Below are positions 41,571 to 52,642 of a DNA stretch of 64,000 bases, piece by piece; the first letter of the stretch is position 1; each line of letters starts with the position of its first letter. The DNA comes from Clostridia bacterium (GTDB lineage: Bacteria; Bacillota; Clostridia; Oscillospirales; CAG-272), in assembly GCA_017471825.1 (NCBI GenBank), contig JAFURQ010000027.1, positions 59,478 through 123,477 of the forward strand. Reading direction: 5' to 3'. The position numbers were made by a program, and so were the translations under genes. The notes beneath the pieces are model-generated. The model saw nothing but the letters and a program-made list of their open reading frames with translations. It ran no database searches and was not told the origin of the DNA.

Positions 41571-44113
41571 ATAACCACCTCATCCTGCTCAAGCCAATTT
41601 TTACCGGAGCTTACGTCAACGGTGAGCGGAACAGAAAGCTGCGCGGCGCCCTCCATCTCGGTTTTTACTATTCGCGCGCATCTTTCCACATCCTCGTCGC
41701 GAACCTCAATAACAAGCTCGTCGTGGACTTGCATAACTATTTTTGCATCGGGAAGCTCGTTTTTCAGCGCATTGAATACTCGAATCATCGCGAGCTTCAT
41801 TATATCCGCCGCGGCGCCCTGTATCGGTGCGTTCATAGCCACTCGCTTTCCAAACGCACGCATATTGCCGTTCGTTGAGGCGAGCTCGGGTATATATCTG
41901 CGTCTGCCCATAGGTGTGGAGGTATATCCGTTCTCGGTCGCATTCTTTACCACCTCATCAAGATAACGGTCTATTCCGGGATAATTCATAAGATAATTTT
42001 TAATATATCTTGTAGCTTCCTTGGGGGTAGTTCCTATATCCTTGGAGAGAGAAAAACCGCCGATGCCGTAAACTATACCGAAATTTACTGCCTTTGCACG
42101 CTTTCGCATCTGCTCGGTAACTGCCTCTTCGGGAACTCCGAATACCGCAGACGCCGTCTTCGTGTGTATATCCGCTCCGCTTTTGAACGCCTCGCACATA
42201 TTGTAATCCTCTGAAATATGTGCAAGAATGCGCAGTTCAATCTGGGAGTAGTCGGCGTCAACGAGCGAGTAGCCGTCCTTTGCAATGAAATAGCGTCGCA
42301 TTTCCCGTCCCATTTTGGTTTTTATCGGTATGTTCTGAAGATTCGGGTCTGCGCTTGAGAGCCTGCCCGTTGCGGTGAATGCCTGCTTAAATTCCGTGTG
42401 GATTCTGCCGTTTTCATCGGCAACCGCAGGCATAGCCGCGGCGTACGTATTGCGAAGCTTCGTAACCTGACGGTATTCGAGAATGTCGTCTATAATCGGA
42501 GATTCCGCGCGAAGCTCCTCGAGTGTTTCCGCATCGGTGGAAAATCCGCTCTTCGTTTTCTTTTTGCAGGGAAGGCCAAGCCTTACGAAAAGAACCTCGC
42601 CAAGCTGCTTCGGTGAATTTATGTTAAATTCGCCGCCTGCCTGCATATAGATACACTGCTTCAAACCGTCGGCGAGCTCTGCGAGAGCCTCGGCGTATTC
42701 AAGCATTCCGGAGCAGTTGATTTTGAAGCCCGTCTTTTCAACCTGCGCCAATATGGGCACGAGGGGGAGCTCAAGCTCATCGAGAACCTTGTCCATGCCA
42801 AGCTCGGTGATTTTTTTGCGAAGCTCGGCTTCAAGAGATATGAGCAGAGAAGGGCAGGGAGCACCCTTTGAAACGGTTTTTGAAAGGAACATTGATGCAA
42901 GTGTCTCTATACCTGCGGTGCTTCCGCCCGGATTAAGAAGATAGCCGTACATCATCAGGTCAAGAAAATGCGTGCCCTGCGGCTCTATGCCGTATCCTAA
43001 AAGCGTGTGAATAAGAGACTTTGCATCGTAGCAAATTATTTTTTTGTTATTAAAAATCTCGGAAAGTACAGAAAAATCGCCTGAAAATACAAGGCTTTCT
43101 TCCATTTTGTTACATAAATAGAACTTTTTATCTATGAGCTGTATGGCGAAGGTATCGCCGCATTTTTTTAAGATTTCGTCAGCGCTTGATTCGATGAAGG
43201 TGAATTGCGCCTGCTCGGTTTCCTCGCATTTTTCCTCACCGTCCTGCTTGTCAAGACCGAATTTGGGAATGAAAGAAACAAGCTCAAGCTCCGTGAATTT
43301 TGCATAAAGCCCCGACTTGTCAATGCCACGGTAGCGAAGCTCCTCGAGAGAAAAATCAACCGGCACATCGGTTACAATTTTTGCAAGGCGTTGAGATAGA
43401 TACGCGTTTTCCTTGTCGCGTAAAAGCTTTTCTCTTACACCCTTCGATATCTGCTTGTCGTCAATATTTTCGTAGATTCCGTCAAGCGAGCCAAACGCCT
43501 TTATAAGATTTGCGGCGGTTTTTTCGCCAACTCCGGCAACACCGGGGATATTATCGGAGGAATCGCCCATAAGAGCCTTCATATCCACAAATTGAGAGGG
43601 GAGAATACCGTATTTTTCAACAAACTCCCGCTCCTTCATTGCTACAGTATCGTTATTTGTTGCGAGAAGAACCGTAATTTTCTCATCAATAAGCTGTAAT
43701 AAGTCGCGGTCGCCTGAAAGTATATAGCTCTCGGTCGGCTCGTCACAGCTGTGAGCCATGCTCGCAACCGTTCCTTGAAGGTCATCTGCCTCGTAGCCCG
43801 CGAGCTCAAGCACCTTTATACCCATCAATCGCAGGCACTCCTTAGCATCGTCAAACTGCGACAAGAGCTCGGGCGGCGTGGGATGTCTTCCTGCCTTGTA
43901 CGCATCGTACATCTTGTGGCGGAAGGTGGGAGCCTTGAGGTCAAACGCTACTGCTACGTAAGTTGGGTCGATTGCCTTCATCTGACGGGAAATAATATTT
44001 ATCATGCCGTAGATTGCATTGGTATGTTTTCCGCTCTTTGTTGTGAGTGGACGTATGCCGTAGAAGGCTCTGTTGATTATACTGTTTCCGTCTATTACAA
44101 GTATTTTATTCAT
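41567..44113 (-). CDS. polA: DNA polymerase I
   Basis: There is a 5'-nuclease N-terminus. The polymerase motifs DYSQIELR, RRxAKxxNFGxxYG and QVHDE are present. The protein is 848 aa. Confidence 0.95.
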   Translation of the reverse strand: MNKILVIDGNSIINRAFYGIRPLTTKSGKHTNAIYGMINIISRQMKAIDPTYVAVAFDLKAPTFRHKMYDAYKAGRHPTPPELLSQFDDAKECLRLMGIKVLELAGYEADDLQGTVASMAHSCDEPTESYILSGDRDLLQLIDEKITVLLATNNDTVAMKEREFVEKYGILPSQFVDMKALMGDSSDNIPGVAGVGEKTAANLIKAFGSLDGIYENIDDKQISKGVREKLLRDKENAYLSQRLAKIVTDVPVDFSLEELRYRGIDKSGLYAKFTELELVSFIPKFGLDKQDGEEKCEETEQAQFTFIESSADEILKKCGDTFAIQLIDKKFYLCNKMEESLVFSGDFSVLSEIFNNKKIICYDAKSLIHTLLGYGIEPQGTHFLDLMMYGYLLNPGGSTAGIETLASMFLSKTVSKGAPCPSLLISLEAELRKKITELGMDKVLDELELPLVPILAQVEKTGFKINCSGMLEYAEALAELADGLKQCIYMQAGGEFNINSPKQLGEVLFVRLGLPCKKKTKSGFSTDAETLEELRAESPIIDDILEYRQVTKLRNTYAAAMPAVADENGRIHTEFKQAFTATGRLSSADPNLQNIPIKTKMGREMRRYFIAKDGYSLVDADYSQIELRILAHISEDYNMCEAFKSGADIHTKTASAVFGVPEEAVTEQMRKRAKAVNFGIVYGIGGFSLSKDIGTTPKEATRYIKNYLMNYPGIDRYLDEVVKNATENGYTSTPMGRRRYIPELASTNGNMRAFGKRVAMNAPIQGAAADIMKLAMIRVFNALKNELPDAKIVMQVHDELVIEVRDEDVERCARIVKTEMEGAAQLSVPLTVDVSSGKNWLEQDEVVI

Positions 44114-45162
44114 TCTCCGATATCTTCCTTTTCTTCAGTCTCGGAGCTATCGTCGGGAGCGTCCTCCGTAAAGAAGGTAACAGCCTCTTCCTCTTCTTGC
44201 TCGTCCTCTATATCCATAATCGAAATCTGATTTTCGTCAGGCTCTTCGGCAACTTCTTCGTTGGCGGTAATGGCATCTTCCACTGTTTCCGTGGGCGTTT
44301 CAAGCTCGGCGCTTCTTTCGGCGGAGAGCTTCATAATGCCCTCAACAACAGAGCTCGTTTTGTCCTCGGTGAGATAGCTCGCAAGAAGGAGCTTGAGGGT
44401 AATGAACACAAAGAACATGAGCGTGAGGACGTTTTCGTAGATAGACAGGGAAATTGTCTTTCCCTTTGCGAAATATACTATCAGCGCGGGGATTGACGAA
44501 TAAGCCGAGAGAAGTGCCGCCATAAAGCCAAAGGCGATATACTGCTTCCATCTTTCGCGTCCGAGCGAAAGTCTTATTTCATAAAGGAAGAAGAGCGCTA
44601 TAAACAGATAAGCCATTTCATCGGCTATTTTGTTGGGGGCATTCAAGGGAAGCGACGTGTCGAAATAAATAAACGCGACGTATGCGCAAAGGAACAAAAG
44701 GGTAATGAGGCCGTAATTCGAGCGCTTAATGCTTCTTCTTGATATATAAAGCGCGCTGACAACGAAATATCCGATAGCCAGAAGCGCGAGTATCGCCGCT
44801 ACAAGCGCAAACTTCTGGGTAAAGGTTACAAGCATTTGATTTGAAAATGCAACCGCAAAAAGCTGTACCGAGAGGAAAGCGAGTCCAACGGTTACAAGCG
44901 CACACGGAATATAGTTTGCAGGTGAGGAAAAGGAGGGGATGAGGTTTATCTCCTCGCGCGCACACCATATATATGAAAGGAAGAAAATTATCGCCGCCGC
45001 GGCTATGATGGCGGAAATATTTATAAGAGTAGAGCTTGAAAAATAGTAGCCGTCCTCATCAAGGTAGTTAAGGCAGGCTATGGATCTCAGCACCGTGCAA
45101 GCGGCAGTGAGTAATAAAAATATAGGCAAAAATATGCCGTAAAGCTTCGCTGTTTTCTTCAT
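44110..45162 (-). CDS. polytopic membrane protein with an acidic C-terminal tail, co-transcribed with polA
   Basis: It has 7-8 TM helices and overlaps the polA start by 4 nt. No family was recognised. Confidence 0.55.
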   Translation of the reverse strand: MKKTAKLYGIFLPIFLLLTAACTVLRSIACLNYLDEDGYYFSSSTLINISAIIAAAAIIFFLSYIWCAREEINLIPSFSSPANYIPCALVTVGLAFLSVQLFAVAFSNQMLVTFTQKFALVAAILALLAIGYFVVSALYISRRSIKRSNYGLITLLFLCAYVAFIYFDTSLPLNAPNKIADEMAYLFIALFFLYEIRLSLGRERWKQYIAFGFMAALLSAYSSIPALIVYFAKGKTISLSIYENVLTLMFFVFITLKLLLASYLTEDKTSSVVEGIMKLSAERSAELETPTETVEDAITANEEVAEEPDENQISIMDIEDEQEEEEAVTFFTEDAPDDSSETEEKEDIGE

Positions 45163-45478
45163 TTTCTGTTGCTGTTTCCTTCATTTTATATATTTGTTAT
45201 ATGCGATTACATTATAATCTCAAACAGTATGTAATTATTGTACTACAATATTATTAACAAAATATTACCAAATTAAAATTAGTTAAAAATAGTGCGCAAA
45301 TGCCGAAAATAACCATTAACACGGCTCCGGGTGTTTCAAAAAGAGCGAATCGAGGCGGGGAGAGTGTAGATGCGAAAAAAGCGGAAAAATCCCCATTTTT
45401 GTGAAAAGTGTACAAGCTTGGCAGATAAAATTCGTAAAAATTCATATAAAATTCTCTCTTTTAATTTTGAAAAAAGCC

Positions 45479-45507
45479 TTGATTTTTAAGACATTATAAT
45501 ATATAAT
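45479..45507 (+). promoter_or_regulatory. candidate promoter of the S10 operon
   Basis: TTGATT is followed by a 17-nt spacer and TATAAT. Confidence 0.5.
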
Positions 45508-45767
45508 ATAATAGCTTGAATGCGATGAAGCGGGAGGTGGCTACCCTTGAGGTAGGGAATTTCCGTGGAGCAGTCCGATATATTAACCGGGCGAAAAGAG
45601 AAGTTACGCCTATCCGGGCGTTCTGTGTTCGTTGTCGGTTCCGATAGTCACTGCGGAGACTGTCTGAACTGATTTTGTAAGGGCACAAAAGAAACGCACG
45701 GAGCTGTGTAAAACCTCTTGCCCTTCTTAAAACGGCTTAAGCAATACGTAAAAAGGAGGAAATTATA

Positions 45768-46076
45768 ATGGCACAGGGAAAAATCAGAGTAAGACTCAAG
45801 AGCTACGATGCAGCGATCATCGACGCCGCAGCACAGAAGATAGTTGAAGTAGCAAAGAGAAACGGAAGCAAAGTAAGTGGTCCTATTCCGCTTCCTACCG
45901 ACAAGGAGATCATCACGATCCTCAGAGCGGTTCACAAGTATAAGGACAGCCGTGAGCAGTTTGAAATGCGTACTCACAAGAGACTGATCGACATCCTTGA
46001 CCCCCAGCAGAAGACAGTAGAGGCTCTTATGAGCATCGAGCTTCCTGCAGGCGTTGAGATTGAGATCAAGGCGTAA
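45768..46076 (+). CDS. rpsJ: 30S ribosomal protein S10
   Basis: The sequence is conserved and the gene heads the S10 operon. Confidence 0.95.
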   Translation: MAQGKIRVRLKSYDAAIIDAAAQKIVEVAKRNGSKVSGPIPLPTDKEIITILRAVHKYKDSREQFEMRTHKRLIDILDPQQKTVEALMSIELPAGVEIEIKA

Positions 46077-46193
46077 GCCGAAAATCGGGAGCTTCAAATC
46101 CCATAATTAACCCACAAGACCTTAGTGGTCAAGTTGGCGATGTCGCGAAAGCGGAAATTCAAACTCGTCAACCAATAACTACATGGAGGAAAA

Positions 46194-46823
46194 ATGAAAA
46201 AAGGCATTATCGGAAAGAAGCTGGGAATGACCCAGATCTTTGACGAAAAAGGCAATGTAATACCCGTAACCCTGATTGAAGCAGGCCCTTGCGTGGTAGC
46301 ACAGAAGAAGACCGTTGAAAATGACGGTTATGAAGCAATTCAGCTTGCTTACGAGGATGCAAAGAAGAAGCACCTCACAAAAGCTGAGCTCGGTCACTTC
46401 GAGAAGGCAGGCATCACCCCAAAGAAGCATCTCAAGGAATTCAGACTTGACGATTGCAGCGCGTATGAAGTAGGCTCCGTGGTAACAGTCGAAACCTTCG
46501 CCAAGGGCGACAAGGTCGACATTACGGGTATCACAAAGGGTTGCGGATATACCGGTTGTGTAAAGAGATGGGGTCACCACATTCTCAGAATGACTCACGG
46601 TACAGGTCCTATCCACCGTCAGCCCGGTTCTATGGGCGTTATTGACCCTGCGAGAATCTTCAAGAACAAGAAGATGCCCGGTCAGTACGGTAACGAGCAG
46701 GTTACCATCCTTAACCTCGTAGCGGTTAAGATTGATGCAGAAAAGAATCTTATCGCAGTAAAGGGTGCGGTTCCCGGTTCCAAGGGCGGCATCGTATTTA
46801 TTCGCGATTCGGTTAAAGCATAA
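46194..46823 (+). CDS. rplC: 50S ribosomal protein L3
   Basis: The sequence is conserved and the position fits the operon order. Confidence 0.95.
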   Translation: MKKGIIGKKLGMTQIFDEKGNVIPVTLIEAGPCVVAQKKTVENDGYEAIQLAYEDAKKKHLTKAELGHFEKAGITPKKHLKEFRLDDCSAYEVGSVVTVETFAKGDKVDITGITKGCGYTGCVKRWGHHILRMTHGTGPIHRQPGSMGVIDPARIFKNKKMPGQYGNEQVTILNLVAVKIDAEKNLIAVKGAVPGSKGGIVFIRDSVKA

Positions 46824-46840
46824 CGGAAGGAGGAAACACA

Positions 46841-47467
46841 ATGCCTAATATGAAAGTTGTAGATATGGCAGGCAAGGAAGTAGGCGAAATCACACTGTCC
46901 GACAAGGTTTTTGGTGCAGAAGTGAATGAAGCAATCCTCCACGCCGCAGTAAGAGCATATCTTATGAATCAGAGACAGGGTACACAGTCCACTCTCACTC
47001 GTTCGGAAGTTTCCGGCGGTGGCAGAAAGCCCTGGAAGCAGAAGGGTACAGGCCATGCAAGACAGGGCAGCACTCGTTCTCCTCAGTGGACACACGGCGG
47101 CGTAGCGCTCGGCCCCAAGCCCCGCAGCTACCGCGTAAACCTCAACAAGAGCGCAAAGAGAACTGCACTTTTCAGCGCACTTTCCTCTAAGGTTGAGGCC
47201 GGCGAGATGATCGTTGTTGACAACATCACCGCTACTGAATACAAGACCAAGGCCATGGTTGCGATGCTCGCAGCACTTGGTACTGCAAAGAAGACTCTGA
47301 TCGTTCTCCCCGAGGTTAACAGCTTCGTAATCAAGAGCTGCGCAAACATCGAGGGTGTTAAGACGACTCAGTGGAACACCATTAACGTTTACGATATCCT
47401 CAACTGCGACAGCCTTGTTGTTGCAAAGGATGCGGTAACGAAGATTGAGGAGGTATATGCAAGATGA
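46841..47467 (+). CDS. rplD: 50S ribosomal protein L4
   Basis: The sequence is conserved and the position fits the operon order. Confidence 0.95.
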   Translation: MPNMKVVDMAGKEVGEITLSDKVFGAEVNEAILHAAVRAYLMNQRQGTQSTLTRSEVSGGGRKPWKQKGTGHARQGSTRSPQWTHGGVALGPKPRSYRVNLNKSAKRTALFSALSSKVEAGEMIVVDNITATEYKTKAMVAMLAALGTAKKTLIVLPEVNSFVIKSCANIEGVKTTQWNTINVYDILNCDSLVVAKDAVTKIEEVYAR

Positions 47468-47760
47468 AATCCTATGCAGATATCATTGTAAGACCTCTTA
47501 TCACCGAAAAGAGCATGGACTCTGTTGGCGAGAAGCGTTACAGCTTCGAGGTTGCGAAGGACGCTACCAAGGCAGAAATCGCAGCAGCTGTTGAGGCAAT
47601 GTTCAAGAAGACCAAGGTTGTAAAGGTCAACACCATTAACATGAAGAAGAAGCCCAAGAGATACGGCGTGCACTTCGGTTACACCAGCGAGTGGAAGAAG
47701 GCAATCGTTACTCTTTCCGAGGACTCCGCTCCTATCGCTTTCTTCGATAGCATGAACTAA
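47464..47760 (+). CDS. rplW: 50S ribosomal protein L23
   Basis: The sequence is conserved and the position fits the operon order. Confidence 0.95.
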   Translation: MKSYADIIVRPLITEKSMDSVGEKRYSFEVAKDATKAEIAAAVEAMFKKTKVVKVNTINMKKKPKRYGVHFGYTSEWKKAIVTLSEDSAPIAFFDSMN

Positions 47761-47780
47761 GGGACAGGAGGTAACACAAA

Positions 47781-48611
47781 ATGGCAGTAAAACAGTATAA
47801 GCCGACCACACCGTCGCGCAGAAATATGACCAGCCCTTCCTTCGCTGAGATTACCAAGTTTTCTCCCGAGAAGAGCCTCATAGTTACCAAGAAGAAGAAT
47901 GCCGGCAGAAACAGCTACGGCAAGATCACCGTTCGTCATCACGGCGGCGGAAACAAGCAGAAGTACAGACTTATCGATTTCAAGAGAAATGCTGATGAGA
48001 GCGCAAAGGTTCTCGGTATCGAGTACGACCCCAACAGAACCTCTTACATCGCACTTATCGAGAATGAAGCAGGCAAGAAGAGCTACATCATCGCTCCCGT
48101 AGGCCTTACCGATGGCGACATCGTAACCGCAGGCGCAGATGCAGACATCAAGCCCGGTAACGTTCTTCCTATTTCTCAGATTCCCGTAGGTACTATCATC
48201 CACAACATCGAACTCTACCCCGGTAAGGGCGCACAGCTTGTTCGCTCCGCAGGTGCTTTCGCTCAGCTTATGGCGAAGGAAAACGGCGTTGCACAGGTAA
48301 GACTTCCCTCTGGTGAGGTTCGCATCATTCGCCTCGATTGTAAGGCAACCATCGGTCAGGTAGGTAACCTTGAGCATGAGACCATCAAGCTCGGTAAGGC
48401 AGGTAAGACCCGCCACCTCGGTATCCGTCCTACTGTACGCGGTTCTGTAATGAACCCCTGCGATCACCCCCACGGTGGTGGTGAGGGTAAGTCCCCTGTA
48501 GGCCGTCCCGGACCTGTTACTCCTTGGGGCAAGCCTGCTCTCGGTTATAAGACGAGAAACAAGAAGGCAAGAACCAACAAATTCATTATTAAGCGTAGAA
48601 ACGCGAAGTAA
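47781..48611 (+). CDS. rplB: 50S ribosomal protein L2
   Basis: The sequence is conserved and the position fits the operon order. Confidence 0.95.
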   Translation: MAVKQYKPTTPSRRNMTSPSFAEITKFSPEKSLIVTKKKNAGRNSYGKITVRHHGGGNKQKYRLIDFKRNADESAKVLGIEYDPNRTSYIALIENEAGKKSYIIAPVGLTDGDIVTAGADADIKPGNVLPISQIPVGTIIHNIELYPGKGAQLVRSAGAFAQLMAKENGVAQVRLPSGEVRIIRLDCKATIGQVGNLEHETIKLGKAGKTRHLGIRPTVRGSVMNPCDHPHGGGEGKSPVGRPGPVTPWGKPALGYKTRNKKARTNKFIIKRRNAK

Positions 48612-48630
48612 TTGAAGAAGGAGAATAACA

Positions 48631-48912
48631 ATGAGCAGAAGCTTAAAGAAAGCACCCTACGTTGAAAAGAAACTTTTCGACCGTATAGTTGCAATGAATG
48701 AAAAGAATGAGAAAAAGGTGCTCAAGACCTGGTCGCGTTCTTCTACTATATTCCCTGAATTCGTAGGTCACACTATCGCCGTTCACGACGGTAGAAAGCA
48801 CGTGCCGGTATACGTAACCGAGGATATGGTAGGACACAAGCTCGGCGAATTTGCACTTACCCGTACCTTTAAGGGTCATGCGGGCTCAAAAACATCGAAC
48901 AACGGAAAATAA
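48631..48912 (+). CDS. rpsS: 30S ribosomal protein S19
   Basis: The sequence is conserved and the position fits the operon order. Confidence 0.95.
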   Translation: MSRSLKKAPYVEKKLFDRIVAMNEKNEKKVLKTWSRSSTIFPEFVGHTIAVHDGRKHVPVYVTEDMVGHKLGEFALTRTFKGHAGSKTSNNGK

Positions 48913-48945
48913 TATCGCAAAAAAGCGAGAGGAGGCAATTCCATA

Positions 48946-49287
48946 ATGGAAGCAAAAGCACATCTTAAATATGTGAGAATTTCTCCGCGCAAGGTAAAGA
49001 TCGTACTTGACCTCATCAGAGGTAAGGATACAGACGCAGCAATGGCTATTCTTAAGAATACCAACAAGATCGCTTGCGAATCTCTCATCAAGCTTCTTAA
49101 GAGCGCGGTAGCAAATGCAGAACACAATTTCAACATGGATGCTGGAAACCTCTATGTTTCTGAATGCTTCGTATGCCCCGGACCCACACTTAAGAGGGTT
49201 CAGCCCAGAGCTCAGGGCAGAGCATTCCAGATTCTTAAGAGAACCAGCCACGTAACACTTGTAGTAAAAGAGAAGGAGGTAGGCTGA
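48946..49287 (+). CDS. rplV: 50S ribosomal protein L22
   Basis: The sequence is conserved and the position fits the operon order. Confidence 0.95.
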   Translation: MEAKAHLKYVRISPRKVKIVLDLIRGKDTDAAMAILKNTNKIACESLIKLLKSAVANAEHNFNMDAGNLYVSECFVCPGPTLKRVQPRAQGRAFQILKRTSHVTLVVKEKEVG

Positions 49288-49289
49288 CA

Positions 49290-50057
49290 ATGGGACAGAA
49301 GGTAAATCCCCACGGTCTTCGTGTAGGCGTAATCAAGAACTGGGATTCCAGATGGTTCGTTTCCAAGAAGGAATTCGGTGATACGCTCGTATCAGACCAC
49401 AAGATCAGAGAATACGTTAAGACCAAGCTTCAGGGCGCAGGCGTTCCCAGAATCGAGATCGAGCGTGACAGTGCACGTGTAAGAGTATTTATTCAGTGTG
49501 CAAAGCCCGGTATCGTAATCGGATTCCACGGCGCAGAGATCGAAAAGCTCAGAGCAGAGCTTGAGACTATGGTTGGCCGCCCCGTAGTAGTTAACGTTAT
49601 CGAAATAAAGAACCCCGACGTAAACGCTCAGCTTGTTGCAGAGTCTATCGCTGCTCAGCTTGAGAAGAGAGTTTCCTTCCGCCGCGCAATGAAGCTTGCT
49701 ATCGGCAGAACCATGAGACTCGGCGTTAAGGGTATCAAGGTTTCCTGCGCAGGCCGTCTTGCAGGTGCAGAAATCGCTCGTACCGAGCATTACCATGAGG
49801 GTACTATTCCGCTTCAGACACTCCGTGCCGACATCGACTACGGTTTCTGGGAGGCTAATACCACTTACGGTAAGATAGGCGTTAAGGTTTGGATTTATAA
49901 GGGTGAGGTTTTCGCAGAGAATGCAGCATCCGACAGAAGATCCGACCGTCAGGACAGACGCCCCAGAAGAAACGACAACAATCGCCGCCCTCAGAACAGA
50001 GACGGTCGCCGCGATGGTCGTTCTTTCAGAAAGAACACAGAGGAGGGCAATAAATAA
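49290..50057 (+). CDS. rpsC: 30S ribosomal protein S3, with a roughly 40-aa Arg/Asp-rich C-terminal extension
   Basis: The core is conserved. The tail reads ...[36 protein letters not shown]. Confidence 0.95.
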   Translation: MGQKVNPHGLRVGVIKNWDSRWFVSKKEFGDTLVSDHKIREYVKTKLQGAGVPRIEIERDSARVRVFIQCAKPGIVIGFHGAEIEKLRAELETMVGRPVVVNVIEIKNPDVNAQLVAESIAAQLEKRVSFRRAMKLAIGRTMRLGVKGIKVSCAGRLAGAEIARTEHYHEGTIPLQTLRADIDYGFWEANTTYGKIGVKVWIYKGEVFAENAASDRRSDRQDRRPRRNDNNRRPQNRDGRRDGRSFRKNTEEGNK

Positions 50058-50488
50058 TGTTGATGCCTAAGAGAGTTAAGTTCAGACGCGTTCAGCGCGG
50101 AAGACTTAAGGGTAAAGCTCTTCGCGGCAACACGATATCGAACGGTACGTTCGGTCTTGTTGCTCTCGAGCCCGCTTGGATTACATCCAACCAGATTGAA
50201 GCAGCCCGTATCGCTATGACCAGATACGTAAAGCGTGGCGGTAAGGTCTGGATCAAAATATTCCCCGACAAGCCTATCACGGAAAAGCCCGCTGAAACTC
50301 GAATGGGTTCAGGTAAGGGTTCTCCTGAGTACTGGGTAGCAGTTGTTAAGCCCGGACGCGTTATGTTCGAGATGGACGGCGTTACCGAGGAGCAGGCAAA
50401 GGAAGCAATGCGTCTTGCAGCTCACAAGCTTCCCATCAAGTGCAAGTTTGTTGCAAAGTCGGATATCGAAGCTAAAGAGGAGGTTTAA
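50057..50488 (+). CDS. rplP: 50S ribosomal protein L16
   Basis: The sequence is conserved and the position fits the operon order. Confidence 0.95.
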   Translation: MLMPKRVKFRRVQRGRLKGKALRGNTISNGTFGLVALEPAWITSNQIEAARIAMTRYVKRGGKVWIKIFPDKPITEKPAETRMGSGKGSPEYWVAVVKPGRVMFEMDGVTEEQAKEAMRLAAHKLPIKCKFVAKSDIEAKEEV

Positions 50489-50491
50489 GCC

Positions 50492-50680
50492 ATGAATGCA
50501 AAAGAACTCAGAGAAATGACCGTCGAAGAGCTTACTAAAAAGCTTGGCGAGCTCAAGGAAGAGCTTTTCAATCTTCGTTTTCAGCTTGCAGTCAACCAGC
50601 TTGACAAGCCTCACAAGATCACAGAAGTTAAGCATGACATTGCTCGCGTAATGACAGTTCTTCGCGAGAAGAATGCATAA
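50492..50680 (+). CDS. rpmC: 50S ribosomal protein L29
   Basis: The sequence is conserved and the position fits the operon order. Confidence 0.9.
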   Translation: MNAKELREMTVEELTKKLGELKEELFNLRFQLAVNQLDKPHKITEVKHDIARVMTVLREKNA

Positions 50681-50695
50681 TGGGAGGAAATGAAA

Positions 50696-50956
50696 ATGAC
50701 CGAAACTCGTGAACTCAGAAAAGTAAGAGTTGGTAAGGTAGTAAGCGATAAGATGGATAAGACCATCGTTGTTGCTATCGTTGACAACGTTCGTCACCCC
50801 AAGTATGGCAAGATCATCAAGAGAACCGTGAAGATTCACGCTCACGATGAAGGCAATATCTGCGGTATAGGCGATAAAGTATCTGTAATGGAAACAAGAC
50901 CTCTCTCCAAGACGAAGAGATGGAGACTTGTTGAAATCATAGAAAAGGCAAAATAA
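50696..50956 (+). CDS. rpsQ: 30S ribosomal protein S17
   Basis: The second ATG was chosen because its spacing to GGGAGG is better. Confidence 0.9.
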   Translation: MTETRELRKVRVGKVVSDKMDKTIVVAIVDNVRHPKYGKIIKRTVKIHAHDEGNICGIGDKVSVMETRPLSKTKRWRLVEIIEKAK

Positions 50957-51014
50957 TAAAAATCACTAAACCAGTACGCAGGTTAAAAGCTTGCCGAAAA
51001 AGGAGGAAAAAACA

Positions 51015-51383
51015 GTGATCCAGCAGGAATCGTTAATGAAAGTCGCTGACAACACCGGTGCTAAAGAGCTTCTTTGCATCAGAGTGCTCGGCGGTTCCGG
51101 ACGTCGCTATGCAAGCATCGGAGATATCGTTGTTTGCGCTGTTAAAAAGGCAGCTCCCGGCGGCGTTGTTAAAAAAGGCGATGTTGTTAAGGCAGTTGTA
51201 GTTAGAACTGTTAAAGAGATTCGCCGTGCAGACGGTTCTTACATCAAGTTTGATGAGAACGCTGCAGTTATTATTAAGGAAGATAAGACACCCAAGGGTA
51301 CTCGTATCTTTGGCCCGGTAGCAAGAGAGCTTCGTGAGCATGAGTTCACCAAGATTATGTCTCTTGCACCCGAAGTACTTTAA
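51015..51383 (+). CDS. rplN: 50S ribosomal protein L14
   Basis: The GTG start at 51015 gives (M)[17 protein letters not shown], which is the canonical L14 N-terminus. AGGAGG lies upstream. Confidence 0.92.
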   Translation: MIQQESLMKVADNTGAKELLCIRVLGGSGRRYASIGDIVVCAVKKAAPGGVVKKGDVVKAVVVRTVKEIRRADGSYIKFDENAAVIIKEDKTPKGTRIFGPVARELREHEFTKIMSLAPEVL

Positions 51384-51401
51384 TAAAGGAGGAAAACAAT
51401 A

Positions 51402-51728
51402 ATGGAAAAGCTTCATGTAAAAACAGATGATACCGTCGTTGTTATCTCCGGTAATTCCAAGGGTACTCGCGGTAAGGTAATCGCTACCTCTCCTTCCGAG
51501 AAGAAGGTTATCGTAGCAGGTGCAAATATCGTTTCCAAGCACACCAAGGCAAGAAGACAGGGCGAAACCTCGTCCATCGTAAAGACCGAAGGCGCTATGT
51601 ACGCGTGCAAGGTTCAGGTAGTTTGCCCCAAGTGTGACAAGGGCGTTCGTACTAAGGTCGGTTACAAGACCGTAGGCGACAAGCAGGTTAAGGTTCGTCT
51701 TTGCTGCAAGTGCGGCGAAGAAATATAA
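51402..51728 (+). CDS. rplX: 50S ribosomal protein L24, variant with four Cys in a zinc-ribbon-like arrangement
   Basis: The KOW N-terminus is conserved. The C-terminus reads ...[36 protein letters not shown]. Confidence 0.92.
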   Translation: MEKLHVKTDDTVVVISGNSKGTRGKVIATSPSEKKVIVAGANIVSKHTKARRQGETSSIVKTEGAMYACKVQVVCPKCDKGVRTKVGYKTVGDKQVKVRLCCKCGEEI

Positions 51729-51744
51729 TGAGGAGGAAGCACTG

Positions 51745-52284
51745 ATGTCAAGATTTGCAGAAAAGTATAAGAGCGAAGTTGCTCCCGCACTCATGAAAAA
51801 GTTCAACTATTCTTCGGTAATGCAGATTCCGAAGTTCGACAAAATAGTTATCAACGTAGGCTGTGGCGACGCAAAGGATAACACCAAGATAATTGACAAC
51901 GTTATCGAAGAGATCTCCCTCATCGCAGGTCAGAGAGCAGTTCCCACCTACGCACACAAGTCTGTAGCTAACTTCAAGATCCGTGAAGGTATGAAGATCG
52001 GCGTTAAGGTTACCCTTCGTGGTGAGAGAATGTATGAGTTTATGGATAAGCTCTTCAGCTTCGCTCTCCCCAGAGTTCGTGACTTTAAGGGTATAAACCC
52101 CAACGGCTTCGATGGCAGAGGTAACTATGCTCTCGGTCTTAAGGAGCAGCTCATATTCCCTGAAATCGAGTATGACAAGGTTGACAAGATTCGCGGTATG
52201 GATATCGTATTCGTAACCACCGCAAAGACCGATGCCGAAGCAAAAGAGATGCTCTCCCTTATGGGCGCACCCTTTGCAGAGTGA
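51745..52284 (+). CDS. rplE: 50S ribosomal protein L5
   Basis: The sequence is conserved and the position fits the operon order. Confidence 0.95.
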   Translation: MSRFAEKYKSEVAPALMKKFNYSSVMQIPKFDKIVINVGCGDAKDNTKIIDNVIEEISLIAGQRAVPTYAHKSVANFKIREGMKIGVKVTLRGERMYEFMDKLFSFALPRVRDFKGINPNGFDGRGNYALGLKEQLIFPEIEYDKVDKIRGMDIVFVTTAKTDAEAKEMLSLMGAPFAE

Positions 52285-52300
52285 TTAAGGAGGAAAAGAC

Positions 52301-52486
52301 ATGGCTAAGAAGTCAATGATACTTAAGCAGCAGAAGGAACCTAAGTTCTCTACTCGCGCTTACAACAGATGCAAGATCTGTGGTAGACCCCACGCCTACC
52401 TCCGTAAGTACGGAATCTGCCGTATCTGCTTCCGTGAGCTCGCTTATAAGGGTGAGATTCCGGGCGTAAGAAAGGCATCCTGGTAA
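52301..52486 (+). CDS. rpsN: 30S ribosomal protein S14, type Z (zinc form)
   Basis: The protein is 61 aa and carries [20 protein letters not shown]. Confidence 0.92.
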   Translation: MAKKSMILKQQKEPKFSTRAYNRCKICGRPHAYLRKYGICRICFRELAYKGEIPGVRKASW

Positions 52487-52642
52487 TTTAATTTTCACTA
52501 ATTAAATTCTCTAAACTATCGGTAGGAAATTACAAAAAGACCGTTGAAATTTCAAGCGGTACCTTGTGGTTTAACCCCCGATATGCCGCCGCGAAAGCGG
52601 CAGCAAGAATTAAGAAATGCTTGCATATAGGAGGATAAAAAA

